A stretch of DNA of 64,000 bases from a bacterium. Lineage in GTDB: Bacteria > RBG-13-61-14 > DATKZS01. The position numbers and the translations under genes are program-made. The stretch lies in NCBI GenBank assembly GCA_963674965.2, contig CAXXFL010000006.1, positions 1,120,001-1,184,000 of the forward strand, in the 5' to 3' direction. Each line of letters opens with the position of its first letter. The stretch's first letter is position 1. The notes below the pieces were generated by a model. It saw nothing but the letters and a program-made list of their open reading frames with translations. It searched no databases and was not told the DNA's origin. Positions 40,399-54,750 of the stretch are shown in pieces.

Positions 40399-41295
40399 AT
40401 GAAGGTATTCGTGACCGGTGGGACCGGCTTCGTGGGCGGCTTTATTCTGCGGCGTCTTCTGGATGACGGCCATGAGGTCGTCGCCCTGGCGCGGCCCGAC
40501 TCCGAGCGGGGAGTGGCTCATCTGCCCGATGGCGTCCAAACGGCCAGGGCCGACGTCCTGGGTCCCGATCTTTCGGACCAGATGGAGGGCGTGGACGCGG
40601 TCATCCACCTGGTGGGCATAATCAGGGAGTACCCGCGGCGGGGAGTGACCTTCCGGTCGTTGCACGTGGAGGCGACCCAAAACGTGGTCCGCGCCATGGA
40701 GAAGGCGGGCGTAAAAAGGCTCGTTCACATGTCCGCCCTGGGCGCCGGGCCGGAGGGGGCCACGGATTACTTCGCCACCAAGTGGGAGGCGGAAAAGGCC
40801 GTCAAGGAGTCGGGACTCGAGTGGACCGTGATGAAGCCGTCGGTGATCTTCGGGCCTGGGGACGAGTTCGTCAACATGCTGGCCGGACAGGTGAGACTGG
40901 CGCCCGTTGTCCCGGTCATGGGAGACGGCCGATACCAAATGCAGCCCGTCTCGGCGGCGGACGTGGCCGAGGGTTTCGTCAAGAGCCTGTCCATGCCCGA
41001 GAGCGCGGGAAAATCCTTCGAGGTGGGAGGTCCAGACCGGCTGACCTATCTCGAGATCATCGACGCCATCGGCGCGGCCCTGGGCAAGGGACCGAGGCCC
41101 AAGCTGCGTTTTCCCCTCTGGCTCATGGGGCCGATCATCAGGATGATGGGCGGGTTCGATTTCTTCCCCGTCACGGAGGGGCAGCTCAAGATGCTGCTAA
41201 TGAGCAACGTCTGCGATCCCGGCCCATATTTCGAGTTTTTCAATATCTCGCCCAAGCCCTTCCGGCAAGGCATCAGGGAATATCTGGCTCCCTAG
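40399..41295 (+). CDS. NAD-dependent epimerase/dehydratase, NDUFA9-like SDR
   Basis: VTGGTGFVG, IHLVGII, HMSALGA, YFATK and PSVIFG motifs. Confidence 0.9.
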   Translation: MKVFVTGGTGFVGGFILRRLLDDGHEVVALARPDSERGVAHLPDGVQTARADVLGPDLSDQMEGVDAVIHLVGIIREYPRRGVTFRSLHVEATQNVVRAMEKAGVKRLVHMSALGAGPEGATDYFATKWEAEKAVKESGLEWTVMKPSVIFGPGDEFVNMLAGQVRLAPVVPVMGDGRYQMQPVSAADVAEGFVKSLSMPESAGKSFEVGGPDRLTYLEIIDAIGAALGKGPRPKLRFPLWLMGPIIRMMGGFDFFPVTEGQLKMLLMSNVCDPGPYFEFFNISPKPFRQGIREYLAP

Positions 41296-41670
41296 GCGCT
41301 GGACGTTTCGGCCATGGCGCGCAACTTTGATAACGCCCGGCCGACGCTGTCCTGGAGGGGATCCCGGTTTCCTCGTCCCCGCCAGTATTGGAAGTGGACC
41401 TTGCCGGACCGGTCTTTTTCAATCTTATCGGCCTTATGCCGTCCGCGGGTATCGGGTTCCACGACAAGTAACGCGCATGACCGTCCCGTGAGACGCCGCG
41501 GTAAAAAGGGCCTTGACTTACATCATTTGTTACATCCTCGTCGGAAAGGCACGCGCGCTAGTAATTATTGTTATCTTTTCGACTAATGCTGATATAAAGG
41601 GGAATCCAATGGTCGCAGCCTTGAGACGACGCGATTTTCCGCGACAAACTTTTTATTGGAGAGGTATTGC

Positions 41671-42213
41671 ATGGAAAAAATGATTATAAGGGAGGCGCTC
41701 GATACTGACCTCGAGAGCGTACTTTTCACGCATCGCCAGGCCTTTGGCCAGGAGGAGGAAGCCGGTCTGGTTCGGGACCTTCTCGATGACCCCAGCGCGG
41801 CGCCATTCCTCTCGCTCCTGGCTTGCATGGGCGGGCGGCCAATAGGACACGTGCTTTTTACCAGGGCCAGACTCGAGCCGATGGCTCCCCTGTCCGTCTC
41901 GATCCTCGCGCCTCTGGCCGTTATTCCCCAGTTCCAAAGGCAAGGGGTGGGCATAAAACTGACGGAGCATGGCCTGGCGATCCTGACCGAATCCGGAACC
42001 GACCTGGTCTTCGTCCTGGGTCATCCCGAGTACTACCCTCGTTTCGGCTTCGAGCCGGCCGGAAGGCTCGGGTTCGAGGCAACTTTCCCCATCCCCGACA
42101 AAAACGCCGCCGCCTGGATGGTCAAGGCGCTTGGACCCGGCGTCATCGGGAGTTATCAAGGAAGGGTAATCTGCGCCGACAAACTAAACGAGCCCGAGTT
42201 CTGGAAAGAATGA
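41671..42213 (+). CDS. GNAT N-acetyltransferase (YhbS-like)
   Basis: LAPLAVIPQFQRQGVG and VLGHPEYYPRFGF motifs. Confidence 0.9.
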   Translation: MEKMIIREALDTDLESVLFTHRQAFGQEEEAGLVRDLLDDPSAAPFLSLLACMGGRPIGHVLFTRARLEPMAPLSVSILAPLAVIPQFQRQGVGIKLTEHGLAILTESGTDLVFVLGHPEYYPRFGFEPAGRLGFEATFPIPDKNAAAWMVKALGPGVIGSYQGRVICADKLNEPEFWKE

Positions 42214-42231
42214 CTCTCACTCGGTAGAAGG

Positions 42232-44247
42232 CTACTCCATTCGATCGTGGTTATCGATAATGCTTTTGGCCGCGAAGAGCTCGGCCGCTCGGGCCATCTT
42301 GTCGGGGGGGCCGGTGAGGATGGCTATGTCCTCGGCTTGCATGGGATCGAAGGCTCCGGGGTCCTGGATCATCGATTGGCCTCTCCTGATGGCGAGAAGC
42401 GTCACGCCGTGGACCTTCCTCAGGCTCAGGTCGGCGGGGGATTTCCCGGCCGCCTCGCTGCCCGGCTCGATCTTGAGCGCGGCCACCTCCAGGTCCGGAA
42501 TCAGGGCCCGCAGGTCGCATACCGCGGCCTTTTCCCGGGAGGGCGACCTGAACATGCCGTAGCCGCCGGACCGAAGCTCGGAGGTGTACCTCTTGATCTC
42601 GTCGGCCGGCACCAGGTACCTGGCCAGGACCCGCGTGAATATCTCGACCGAGGTCTCGAGCTCGGCGGGGATGACCTCGCTCGCGCCCAGCTCGTAAAGG
42701 GGATCGACCTCGCGGATGTAGGCCGTCCGGGCGATGATAAAGAGCCTGGGGTTCATCTTCCTGGCGATATGGACCACGCGGCGGGTGGCCGCGGGATCGG
42801 GCACGGCCACCACCAGCACCCGGGCCTTCACCACGCGCGCGTGCTCGAGGGTATGCTCCTGGGCGGCGTCCCCGTAGTAGATGGGCGTTCCCCTCTCCCT
42901 CTCGCGGCGCACGGTCGAGGGGTTAAGCTCGATCACGGCGAAGGGTATCCGCGAGGCCTCCGCCGCCCTGGCCAGGTTGCGGCCGTTGGGACCGAAGCCA
43001 ACTATGACCAGGTGGTCCTCCAGCTTAACCTCATCACCCCGCAGCTCGGCCCGGTGGCGGCCGTCACGGAGGAAAGCCGGCATGGGCAGGCGGTTGGCAA
43101 GGTTCGAGACCCGCTCGGAAGAAGAGATGATAAAAGGCGTGGCGATCATGGTCAGGACCGACACGCCCAGGAAAAACTGATAGGCCGGGGCGTCCATCAG
43201 GCCCTGGTCCACGCCGGCCCGGGCCAGGATAAAGGAGAACTCGCCCACCTGCGACACGGCCAGCCCCCCCAGCAGGGCCAGCCGGAAGGGAAGGCCGAGG
43301 ATGGCCGCGCTCGAGCCGGCCAGAAGGGTCTTAAGGAAATGTACCCCCAGGGCCAGGAGCACGATGAGGGCCGGATGGGTGAGGAAGAAGCCAATATCTA
43401 GGAGCATTCCCACCGAGACGAAGAACAGGGAGGTGAACACGTCGCGGAGGGGAAGAACGTCGGCCAGGACCTTAATCTGGTACTCGGACTCGGATATGAT
43501 CAGCCCCGCCAGAAAGGCGCCAAGGGCGAGGGACAGCCCGGCCGCCGAGGTCAGCCAGGCCACGCCCAGCCCGATCGAGACCACGGCCAGCATGAAGAGC
43601 TGGCTGTCCTGAAGCCGGGCCGCCTGATAAAGGACCCGGGGCACGAGCGTCCTGGCCAGGAAAAGAGCGGCCCCCACCACTAATAGGGCCTTGCCCAGGG
43701 TGATGGCGATCCGGGTCCCGTCCGCTCCTCCCTGGCCCGACAGGATGGGGATGAGGAGCATCATGGGAACGACGGCCACGTCCTGGAAGATCAAGGCGCC
43801 CACGATGAAGCCGCCGTGAGGGCTGTCCACCTCGGCCCTCTCCTGTACCAGCTTGAGCACGATGGCCGTCGAGGAAAGGGCCAGGAGACACCCGAAAAAT
43901 ATGGCCTGGTTCCAGGCCCGGCCGGTCAGCATGGTGATGGCCGCGCCCGCCGCCAGGGTGGCCGCCACTTGGAGGCCGCCTCCAATCAGCACCGTGGCCT
44001 TGATGCGCATGAGCCGCGCAAGGGAGAACTCGATCCCGATGGTGAAAAGGAGGAGCACCACGCCGATCTCGGCCAGGACCTCGACCTCGTGCTTGGCCTC
44101 GATGGCGCCCAGGCCGTGGGGACCCGCGATCACGCCCGTCAGCAAAAGCCCCACTACCACCGGCGCCTTCACCCTCCGGCTGACAAGGACAACGGCCAGG
44201 GCGAGCCCGAATATTATCAGCAGGTCTTTGATAAAGGGTATTTCCAT
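42232..44247 (-). CDS. CPA2 cation:proton antiporter (Kef-type) with TrkA-N and TrkA-C domains
   Basis: LSSTAIV, LIFQD, SQVGEF, IVGFGPNG and YGDA motifs. Confidence 0.93.
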   Translation of the reverse strand: MEIPFIKDLLIIFGLALAVVLVSRRVKAPVVVGLLLTGVIAGPHGLGAIEAKHEVEVLAEIGVVLLLFTIGIEFSLARLMRIKATVLIGGGLQVAATLAAGAAITMLTGRAWNQAIFFGCLLALSSTAIVLKLVQERAEVDSPHGGFIVGALIFQDVAVVPMMLLIPILSGQGGADGTRIAITLGKALLVVGAALFLARTLVPRVLYQAARLQDSQLFMLAVVSIGLGVAWLTSAAGLSLALGAFLAGLIISESEYQIKVLADVLPLRDVFTSLFFVSVGMLLDIGFFLTHPALIVLLALGVHFLKTLLAGSSAAILGLPFRLALLGGLAVSQVGEFSFILARAGVDQGLMDAPAYQFFLGVSVLTMIATPFIISSSERVSNLANRLPMPAFLRDGRHRAELRGDEVKLEDHLVIVGFGPNGRNLARAAEASRIPFAVIELNPSTVRRERERGTPIYYGDAAQEHTLEHARVVKARVLVVAVPDPAATRRVVHIARKMNPRLFIIARTAYIREVDPLYELGASEVIPAELETSVEIFTRVLARYLVPADEIKRYTSELRSGGYGMFRSPSREKAAVCDLRALIPDLEVAALKIEPGSEAAGKSPADLSLRKVHGVTLLAIRRGQSMIQDPGAFDPMQAEDIAILTGPPDKMARAAELFAAKSIIDNHDRME

Positions 44248-44457
44248 TAATAAACCTGTCCGCCCAACAACAAAAAAGACTTCCCCACCGCCAAATCTAT
44301 CGCGGCGGCGCGAGATATGTCAAGACCCGGGCGAAAGAGCCGGATTCCCATTTTACACGCTGAAAGAATAAACTTGAAACCTCCATTGCATTTCTTTAAT
44401 CTAACCGGTTAGAATCAAGCGTTAGCCTTTTTCAAAAACGCGTCCCTAAAGAGGAAA

Positions 44458-45627
44458 ATGAGGTACCAAGGTATGAATTGCCCTTCCCTGTCTCGAGCCA
44501 TGGACTTGCCGATGTTTTTAATTCTCGCCCTTCTCGCTTTTGCCCCCTCGGCGAGCGCGGAGGATGACCGGCTTCACTTCAAGCCGGAACTCTTCGAGAT
44601 GCTAAAGGACGAATGGGGCTGCGGGGAGCAGTGCAGGGAAATCATTACCTCCCATTGTAGCTACCCGGACTTCAAAGCCGACGAAGAACTGACCGACGCG
44701 TGTTATTTGAAATCCTTCCTATCGGAAAAATCGTGGAACACCAGGTGGATTATCAAATCGGATTGGATCGCGGAGGATAAAATCCTGACGCCTGAAATTG
44801 GGAAATTTTCAAAACTTTGCACAAGTTTCGTTATGGACGATTATAAAGTTTATGTTGTCGAAAGCTTCAGCATTATTTCGGTAGTAGTCATTGAACGCCA
44901 ATCAAAAGCATTACAAGTCAAAGAAAAGGACGTCTCCGAAATCGCTAAAAAGCTATTTGTAGATAAATTCAGATATACTTATTTAGCAGGAAATAAATAC
45001 AATGATTACTATGTTCCTGTAACTTTCGATTTTGTGCAGACGGGAGAGAAAGCCGCTATAAGATATGGATATCAACGCGCATACGCTGAAAAAATAAACA
45101 AAGAGCGAAGGGGAATCGAGGTTAAATGGAAGAGTACATGGTATAATGACATGCTATGGTGGGCGGATAAAAATAAAATCGGCTTTATGGCCACCAGCTT
45201 AGATGACACAATTTCCAGGAATTCAGATACATATATATGCAAAGATTGTGAAGGAGATAATGGTAGGTGGTTTTATAGTTATAAATATAAGTGGTCTAAA
45301 AATATTAATAAGGCGCCAGAATTAGTCGATTGCCTAAAAGAAAAAGGAGAAGGAACGGATGAGGCCAGGCGGGAAGGGCCGGCCCTTAAAGGGCCGGATA
45401 TGGTTACCGAAAAAGCCGGCGATAAAGCCGCCAGGCCGGCGGACGCGACCGATGACCCTATGCCAAAGGGCGGCCCGAACGCGCGGCCCTCGGAAGAGAC
45501 GACCCCCGAGGCGGAGGGCGGAGGAGATATCGGCCCTTCCAGCGCCTGGATTGCCGCTATAGCGGCATTGGCCGCCGCGATTCTATTACTTGTGTTCTTC
45601 CCGCGAGCGCGGGGCGGGCGGGTTTAA
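44458..45627 (+). CDS. Exported hypothetical protein with C-terminal TM anchor
   Basis: Signal peptide (LALLAFAPSASA), Pro/Ala/Glu linker, C-terminal hydrophobic helix and Arg-rich tail. Start uncertain. Confidence 0.7.
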   Translation: MRYQGMNCPSLSRAMDLPMFLILALLAFAPSASAEDDRLHFKPELFEMLKDEWGCGEQCREIITSHCSYPDFKADEELTDACYLKSFLSEKSWNTRWIIKSDWIAEDKILTPEIGKFSKLCTSFVMDDYKVYVVESFSIISVVVIERQSKALQVKEKDVSEIAKKLFVDKFRYTYLAGNKYNDYYVPVTFDFVQTGEKAAIRYGYQRAYAEKINKERRGIEVKWKSTWYNDMLWWADKNKIGFMATSLDDTISRNSDTYICKDCEGDNGRWFYSYKYKWSKNINKAPELVDCLKEKGEGTDEARREGPALKGPDMVTEKAGDKAARPADATDDPMPKGGPNARPSEETTPEAEGGGDIGPSSAWIAAIAALAAAILLLVFFPRARGGRV

Positions 45628-45649
45628 CCCGCGCCTCGTATAGGTTCAG

Positions 45650-50019
<4,370 letters not shown>

Positions 50020-50027
<8 letters not shown>

Positions 50028-50751
50028 CGAACTTGCCGGATAAAAGAGCGTTCCTGGCGGCTTCCTGCTCGGCCTCCTTTTTGCTCTTTCCCTTGCCCAG
50101 GCCGCAGGTTATGCCCTCGACTTTCACCTCGACCTCGAAGGTCTTCATGTGGTCCGGGCCCTGCTCCTCGATGACGCGATAAACGGGAGTGCTTTTATAA
50201 AGGGCCTGGACCCTCTCCTGGAAGGGCGTCTTATAATCGCCCAACAGATCGATGGGAGGAAGGGAATCGAGCAGGGGCTGGAAAAGACGCTCGATGACCT
50301 TGAAGGTCTCGTCGAACCCTCCGTCCAGGTAGATGGCGCCCATAAGCGACTCGAAGGCGTCCTCCAAGATCGAGGTCTTGTCCGCGCCGCCGGTCAGCTT
50401 CTCGCCCTTGCCCAGTCTTAAAGCGTTGCCCAGTCCGAGGTCCCTGGCCAGGTCCGCCAACCTGTCGCAGTTGACGAGCCCAGCCCGAATCCTCGAAAGC
50501 TCTCCCTCCGCCGCGCCGCTGAAACGGAGCATGAGCATATGGGAAACCACCAGCCCGAGGACCGCGTCTCCCAGGAACTCGAGCCGCTCGTAATGGATTT
50601 TTATCATCTCCCTCCCGTCGTCGAGCAGCGACTGGGTGACCTCGTGGGCGAATGACGAGTGCGTCATGGCCCTCTCGAACAGCGCCCCGTTTTTAAAGCG
50701 ATACCCGATCTTGTCCTGGATGACCTCCAGGGACTCGGTATTGTTTCCCAT
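50020..50751 (-). CDS. rnc: Ribonuclease III (possible internal start inside the fusion ORF)
   Basis: YERLEFLGDAVL, EDAFESLMGAIYLDGG and dsRBD DYKT...GPDH...SKKEAEQ; GGAGA 7 nt before ATG 50751. Confidence 0.85.
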
Positions 50752-52116
50752 CCAATTGTCTCCATTCTCCGTGATATTGTATCCAACGCCCGACCGTATC
50801 TGTATCCGGCCGTTCGGCTCGATCTTGTCGCCCCAAAGGGCCGCGCCGTCATGGGAATATATTTCTACTCGATAAATATTGCCTACCATGTCCGCGCCGC
50901 CATTGCATCCGACCCTTAAGTAATTATCGCTCGTCCCGAATATTTTACCGTCCATCTCCGTTTCCCCGAGCGTCTCCAACTCGAAACCAACCTGTTCCTC
51001 CAGGAAAGCGGCCCTCTTCTTTTTGCCCAGCTTCCTGAGCTCGGCGGCGCGGGCCTTGATGGTCTCCGGGTCCAGATGGCCGGGCATGGCGTCGGCCGCC
51101 GTGCCGGTACGCCTGGAATAAGGAAATACGTGAAGATAGGTCACGGGAAGCTCGGTAATAAAATCAAGGCAGTTGGAATGCTCCCTTTCCGTCTCGCCGG
51201 GAAAGCCGGCTATCACGTCCATGCCAAGGCCGGCCCGGGGCATGGCCTCCTTAAGACGCCAGACGGCCCGCCTCACCGCGTCCACCTTATAGGGCCTGCC
51301 CATGCGGGTGAGGACCTCGTCGTCTCCGCTTTGCAGGGGAACGTGGAAATGAGAGCAGAACAATCCTGAATCGGCCGCGGCCTCGATCAGGTCATCGGTC
51401 AACTCCTGCGGCTCGATGGAGGACAGCCTGATCCTGGCGGGCATATCCCGGCTCCCGGCCAGCAGCTTGAGAAGGTCCGAGAGCTTTTTGCCCCATTCCT
51501 TGCCGTAAAGCCCAATATGCACGCCCGTGAGCACGGCCTCGCGAAACCCGGCCCGGGCCACGCCCCGGAGTTGGCGGACCACCTCGGCCATGGGCACGCT
51601 TCGGCTCGGTCCCCTCGCCACGGTGACGATGCAATAGGCGCAGTTGAAATCGCAGCCGTCCTGGATTTTCACCAGGGCCCTGCCCTTTCCCTTTTGCAGC
51701 CCGCCCTCGGGATGATAGAAAACGGGGGACCGGGGAAGGACTTTCCCCGTCAGTAGCTCGATCACCCTCTCCCGCTGGGAGGGCCCGACCGCCGCGTCGG
51801 CCCCCGCCTCGAGGAGCGCCGGGGCGGAAACCTCGGCCAGGCAGCCGGCGGCGATGATCTTCGCGGCGGGGCCGACCCTCCTGGCCCGCCTGATCATCTG
51901 CAGGCACTGCATCTCCCCCCGCCTGGTCACGGCGCAGGTGTTGACCACGTAGGCGGCCGCCTCGACTTCCTCGTCAACCGCTCCTCCCATGTCCACCGCC
52001 AGGAAAGAATCGGCCGGGACCATGGCCATCATGGCCGCGGTGTCGTAGCGGTTGGCCTTGCATCCCAGCGTGATAAAGGCCGCTATCGGGAGTCGCCTCG
52101 AGCCTTCGCTTCCCAT
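50020..52116 (-). CDS. mtaB: tRNA methylthiotransferase MtaB in one reading frame with ribonuclease III
   Basis: TLGCKAN, VNTCAVT, KIQDGCDFNCAYC (radical SAM), HFHVPLQSG and HVFPYS motifs; no stop before the RNase III domain. Confidence 0.85.
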
Positions 52117-52124
52117 GCTCTCGA

Positions 52125-53252
52125 TTACCCTCTTTCCCCTGGGACGGGTCGCCCGATGGACCCGCCTCCCAGCGCCTCGTCGCCGCGATAGATCACCGCC
52201 GTCTGGCCCGGAGTGATCGCCCGCTGGGGCTCGTCGAATATTATTTCCACTTCGTCCTCGCCGATAAGGCTGACCCTGGCGGCCGCGAGGGGCGCCCGGT
52301 AACGGATTTTCACCGCCACCTTTTCTTCTTCTCCGGGTGGGGAAGAAAGCCAGTTCATCTCCTGGACAACCGCCCTCTTATGGAACAGGTCTTCCCATTT
52401 TCCCACCACCACCCGACGCGCCTCGGGGTCGATGTCCACCACGTAGGAAGGATCGGGACCGGGAAGGGAGAGCCCTTTCCGCTGCCCTATGGTAAAGCCA
52501 TGCACGCCCATATGCGACCCGACCGACTTCCCCTCCAGGTCCACTATGTCTCCGGGAGGGGGGACCGAGCGGCCGAGCGCCTTCTCCACTATCTCCATGT
52601 ACCCGTCCTTGATAAAGCAGACGTCCTGGCTCTCCTCCTTGTCCGAGACGAATAACCCGGCCTCCCGGCAGGCGTCCCTTACCCGGTCTTTCTCGAACCA
52701 GCCCGCGGGCAAAGCCGCCCGGGCCAGTTGCTCGGGCCTTAGCCGGCTGAGGAAATAGGACTGGTCCTTTTTGCCGTCCAGCCCCCGGAGAAGGCGGGGT
52801 CTTCCCGCCGAGTCCCTTGTAACTCTCGCGTAATGCCCGGTGGCGACAAGGTCGGCCCCAATCCTTTGCGCCGTCTCTATCAGGGTCTTCCACTTTACCA
52901 TGGGGTTGCACGTGACGCAGGGGTTGGGCGTAAGACCCTGGGCGTATTTTTGGGCAAAGGGAGTGACAACTTCTCGATACAGCCTCTCCTCGATGGGCAC
53001 GGCCGTGAACTCGATCCCCAGGCATTTGGCCACCCGCTCTGCGTCCACGCGGTCCCGGTCCGGGGATTTTCCTTTGCCCGGCTTAAGTTCTCCCAGGTCG
53101 AAATGCACCGCCGCCAGGGGTACTCCGGTCCGTTTTATGGCCAGGGCCGCGAAGGCGCTGTCCACACCCCCGCTCAGGGCGACCAGGGCTTTGCGCGGCT
53201 TTTTGCCCTCGAGCCAGGGAGGGGACGGACCTATTTCATCGAGAATTCCCAT
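52125..53252 (-). CDS. mnmA: tRNA 2-thiouridylase MnmA
   Basis: SGGVDS, TPNPCVTCN, ATGHYA, KDQSYFL, ESQDVCF, TIGQRKG and AITPGQ motifs. Start uncertain. Confidence 0.95.
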   Translation of the reverse strand: MGILDEIGPSPPWLEGKKPRKALVALSGGVDSAFAALAIKRTGVPLAAVHFDLGELKPGKGKSPDRDRVDAERVAKCLGIEFTAVPIEERLYREVVTPFAQKYAQGLTPNPCVTCNPMVKWKTLIETAQRIGADLVATGHYARVTRDSAGRPRLLRGLDGKKDQSYFLSRLRPEQLARAALPAGWFEKDRVRDACREAGLFVSDKEESQDVCFIKDGYMEIVEKALGRSVPPPGDIVDLEGKSVGSHMGVHGFTIGQRKGLSLPGPDPSYVVDIDPEARRVVVGKWEDLFHKRAVVQEMNWLSSPPGEEEKVAVKIRYRAPLAAARVSLIGEDEVEIIFDEPQRAITPGQTAVIYRGDEALGGGSIGRPVPGERG

Positions 53253-53524
53253 GACCTCACGGGTGTTATTATGTCCCATCTTTACCGGGATTAGAAGCCC
53301 GGCCGGGGTTGCACGGATGCATATCCGCTCGCCGGGTCGGGCGTCACCGTAGAGTCCGGGTCGGATACCATGGCCTGACATTTTCGACAAAATGTAATTT
53401 TTTTCTATACATGAGAGTAAATTTGTGATAAATTGATAAGACCGAAATTCTGTCACCTCGGTATATCATGCCGGGGTTGCCTTGGAAGCTGCGTTGGAAT
53501 ATGCGCGTAAAGGAGTGCAAGCGG

Positions 53525-54532
53525 GTGGAAAACACGGGTGAAAAGACGGACGAGGTAAAAAAACACGTTCCCCGGAACAGGCTGCTCAAGGCCCCCATCC
53601 GGGTGAGGACCGAAGAAGGCGACCATGACGAGGAGTTCACCGAGTACATGATGGAGGTGGACAAGGACCGCATTTACATCCAGACGGATAATCCCTATAA
53701 AGAGGGCACGGTCCTGCATCTGGGTCTCGACCTTCCCGGGATCAACCGTACCATACACTTCAAGGGCGAGGTGGTAAGGATCAACCCCCACAAGCCCAAA
53801 ACGCCCGAGGACTTAGAGCCCGGCATGGGCATAGTCTTCGAGCGGGTCAGTTTCGACAACCGCAAGCTTATCGCCGACTACCTCGAGAAAATCCAGTCTG
53901 AGGACCGCTCGGAGGATTACTCGGTATTCCTTTCCTGGGTCTCGAAGATCAGCCGTCCCATGTCGCCCAAGGAAAAGGAGAAGATCAAAAAGGACCTCCT
54001 CAAGGTCCTCTATGGCGCCAACAAGGAACCCATCCCGGAGAAGCAAAAGAAAAAGACCCCCGAGGAACTGGAGATCATCGCCAGAATTCCCCTCTTCGAG
54101 GAACTTGACGAGATCGAGATCGAGGAGATGGCCCGCATAATGGCCAAGGAAAAATACCGCGCCGGCGACGGGATTTTCGACGAGGGCGACGTGGGCGACA
54201 AGATGTACCTCATCCTGAAGGGAGCGGTGGACATCATCAAGGACACGGGCAAGGGGCCGGGACAGATACTGGTCACCCTCAAGGCCGGAGACTACTTCGG
54301 CGAGATGTCCCTTATCGACGACGCGCCAAGGTCGGCCTCGGCCATGGCCGGGGAGGAAACCATCCTCCTCAGCATCAACAAGAAGCACCTCAACCTGCTC
54401 CTGGACAACTCGCCCACCATCGCCGCCAAAATCTACAAGTTCTTCGTCGCCGTTCTGAACGACAGGCTCAGGGAAACCAACGATAAAATCAGAAGCTTCG
54501 TCAGCATGGCCCAGGAGATGAGCCAGGCTTAA
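53525..54532 (+). CDS. PilZ-like plus cyclic-nucleotide-binding domain protein
   Basis: N-terminal IYIQT...GEVVR...PGMGIVF (PilZ-like); C-terminal IFDEGD...GDYFGEMSLIDDAPRSA (CNB); AAGGAG SD before GTG. Confidence 0.82.
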   Translation: MENTGEKTDEVKKHVPRNRLLKAPIRVRTEEGDHDEEFTEYMMEVDKDRIYIQTDNPYKEGTVLHLGLDLPGINRTIHFKGEVVRINPHKPKTPEDLEPGMGIVFERVSFDNRKLIADYLEKIQSEDRSEDYSVFLSWVSKISRPMSPKEKEKIKKDLLKVLYGANKEPIPEKQKKKTPEELEIIARIPLFEELDEIEIEEMARIMAKEKYRAGDGIFDEGDVGDKMYLILKGAVDIIKDTGKGPGQILVTLKAGDYFGEMSLIDDAPRSASAMAGEETILLSINKKHLNLLLDNSPTIAAKIYKFFVAVLNDRLRETNDKIRSFVSMAQEMSQA

Positions 54533-54543
54533 TCCGCCAACGC

Positions 54544-54584
54544 CCCCGGCGCCCGCGGACCAGCACCCGGCGCCGGGGATTTTT
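54544..54584 (+). terminator. Putative intrinsic terminator
   Basis: CCCCGGCGCC...GGCGCCGGGG followed by ATTTTT just after the stop codon. Confidence 0.5.
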
Positions 54585-54653
54585 ATGCCCTGTCATTTTC
54601 CAGGAAGCTTAAAGAGGCTGGAGATATTCTGAGAAAGTATTAATTATGGAAAA

Positions 54654-54684
54654 TTGACATCCCAGGGGGGGGGGGGGGTAGTAT
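54654..54684 (+). promoter_or_regulatory. Sigma70 promoter with a G14 homopolymer in the spacer (putative phase-variable switch)
   Basis: TTGACA 54654-54659; spacer TCCCA+G14 (19 nt); TAGTAT 54679-54684; 66 nt before ATG 54751. Confidence 0.7.
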
Positions 54685-54750
54685 TGTAATTTACAGCATG
54701 GTAACATATGGATGAATTGTCTACAAATCTCGGAGAAGGGGGATTAAGTC

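Noticed and set aside
41292-41470. Possible minus-strand gene tail (KIEKDRSGKVHFQYW...)
   Set aside because: No recognisable family and no start signal.
16176-43401. Long antisense ORFs (16176-17156, 26142-27233, 34390-35478, 36946-38052, 38074-39114, 42247-43401)
   Set aside because: Antisense to well-supported genes; typical of GC-rich codon bias.
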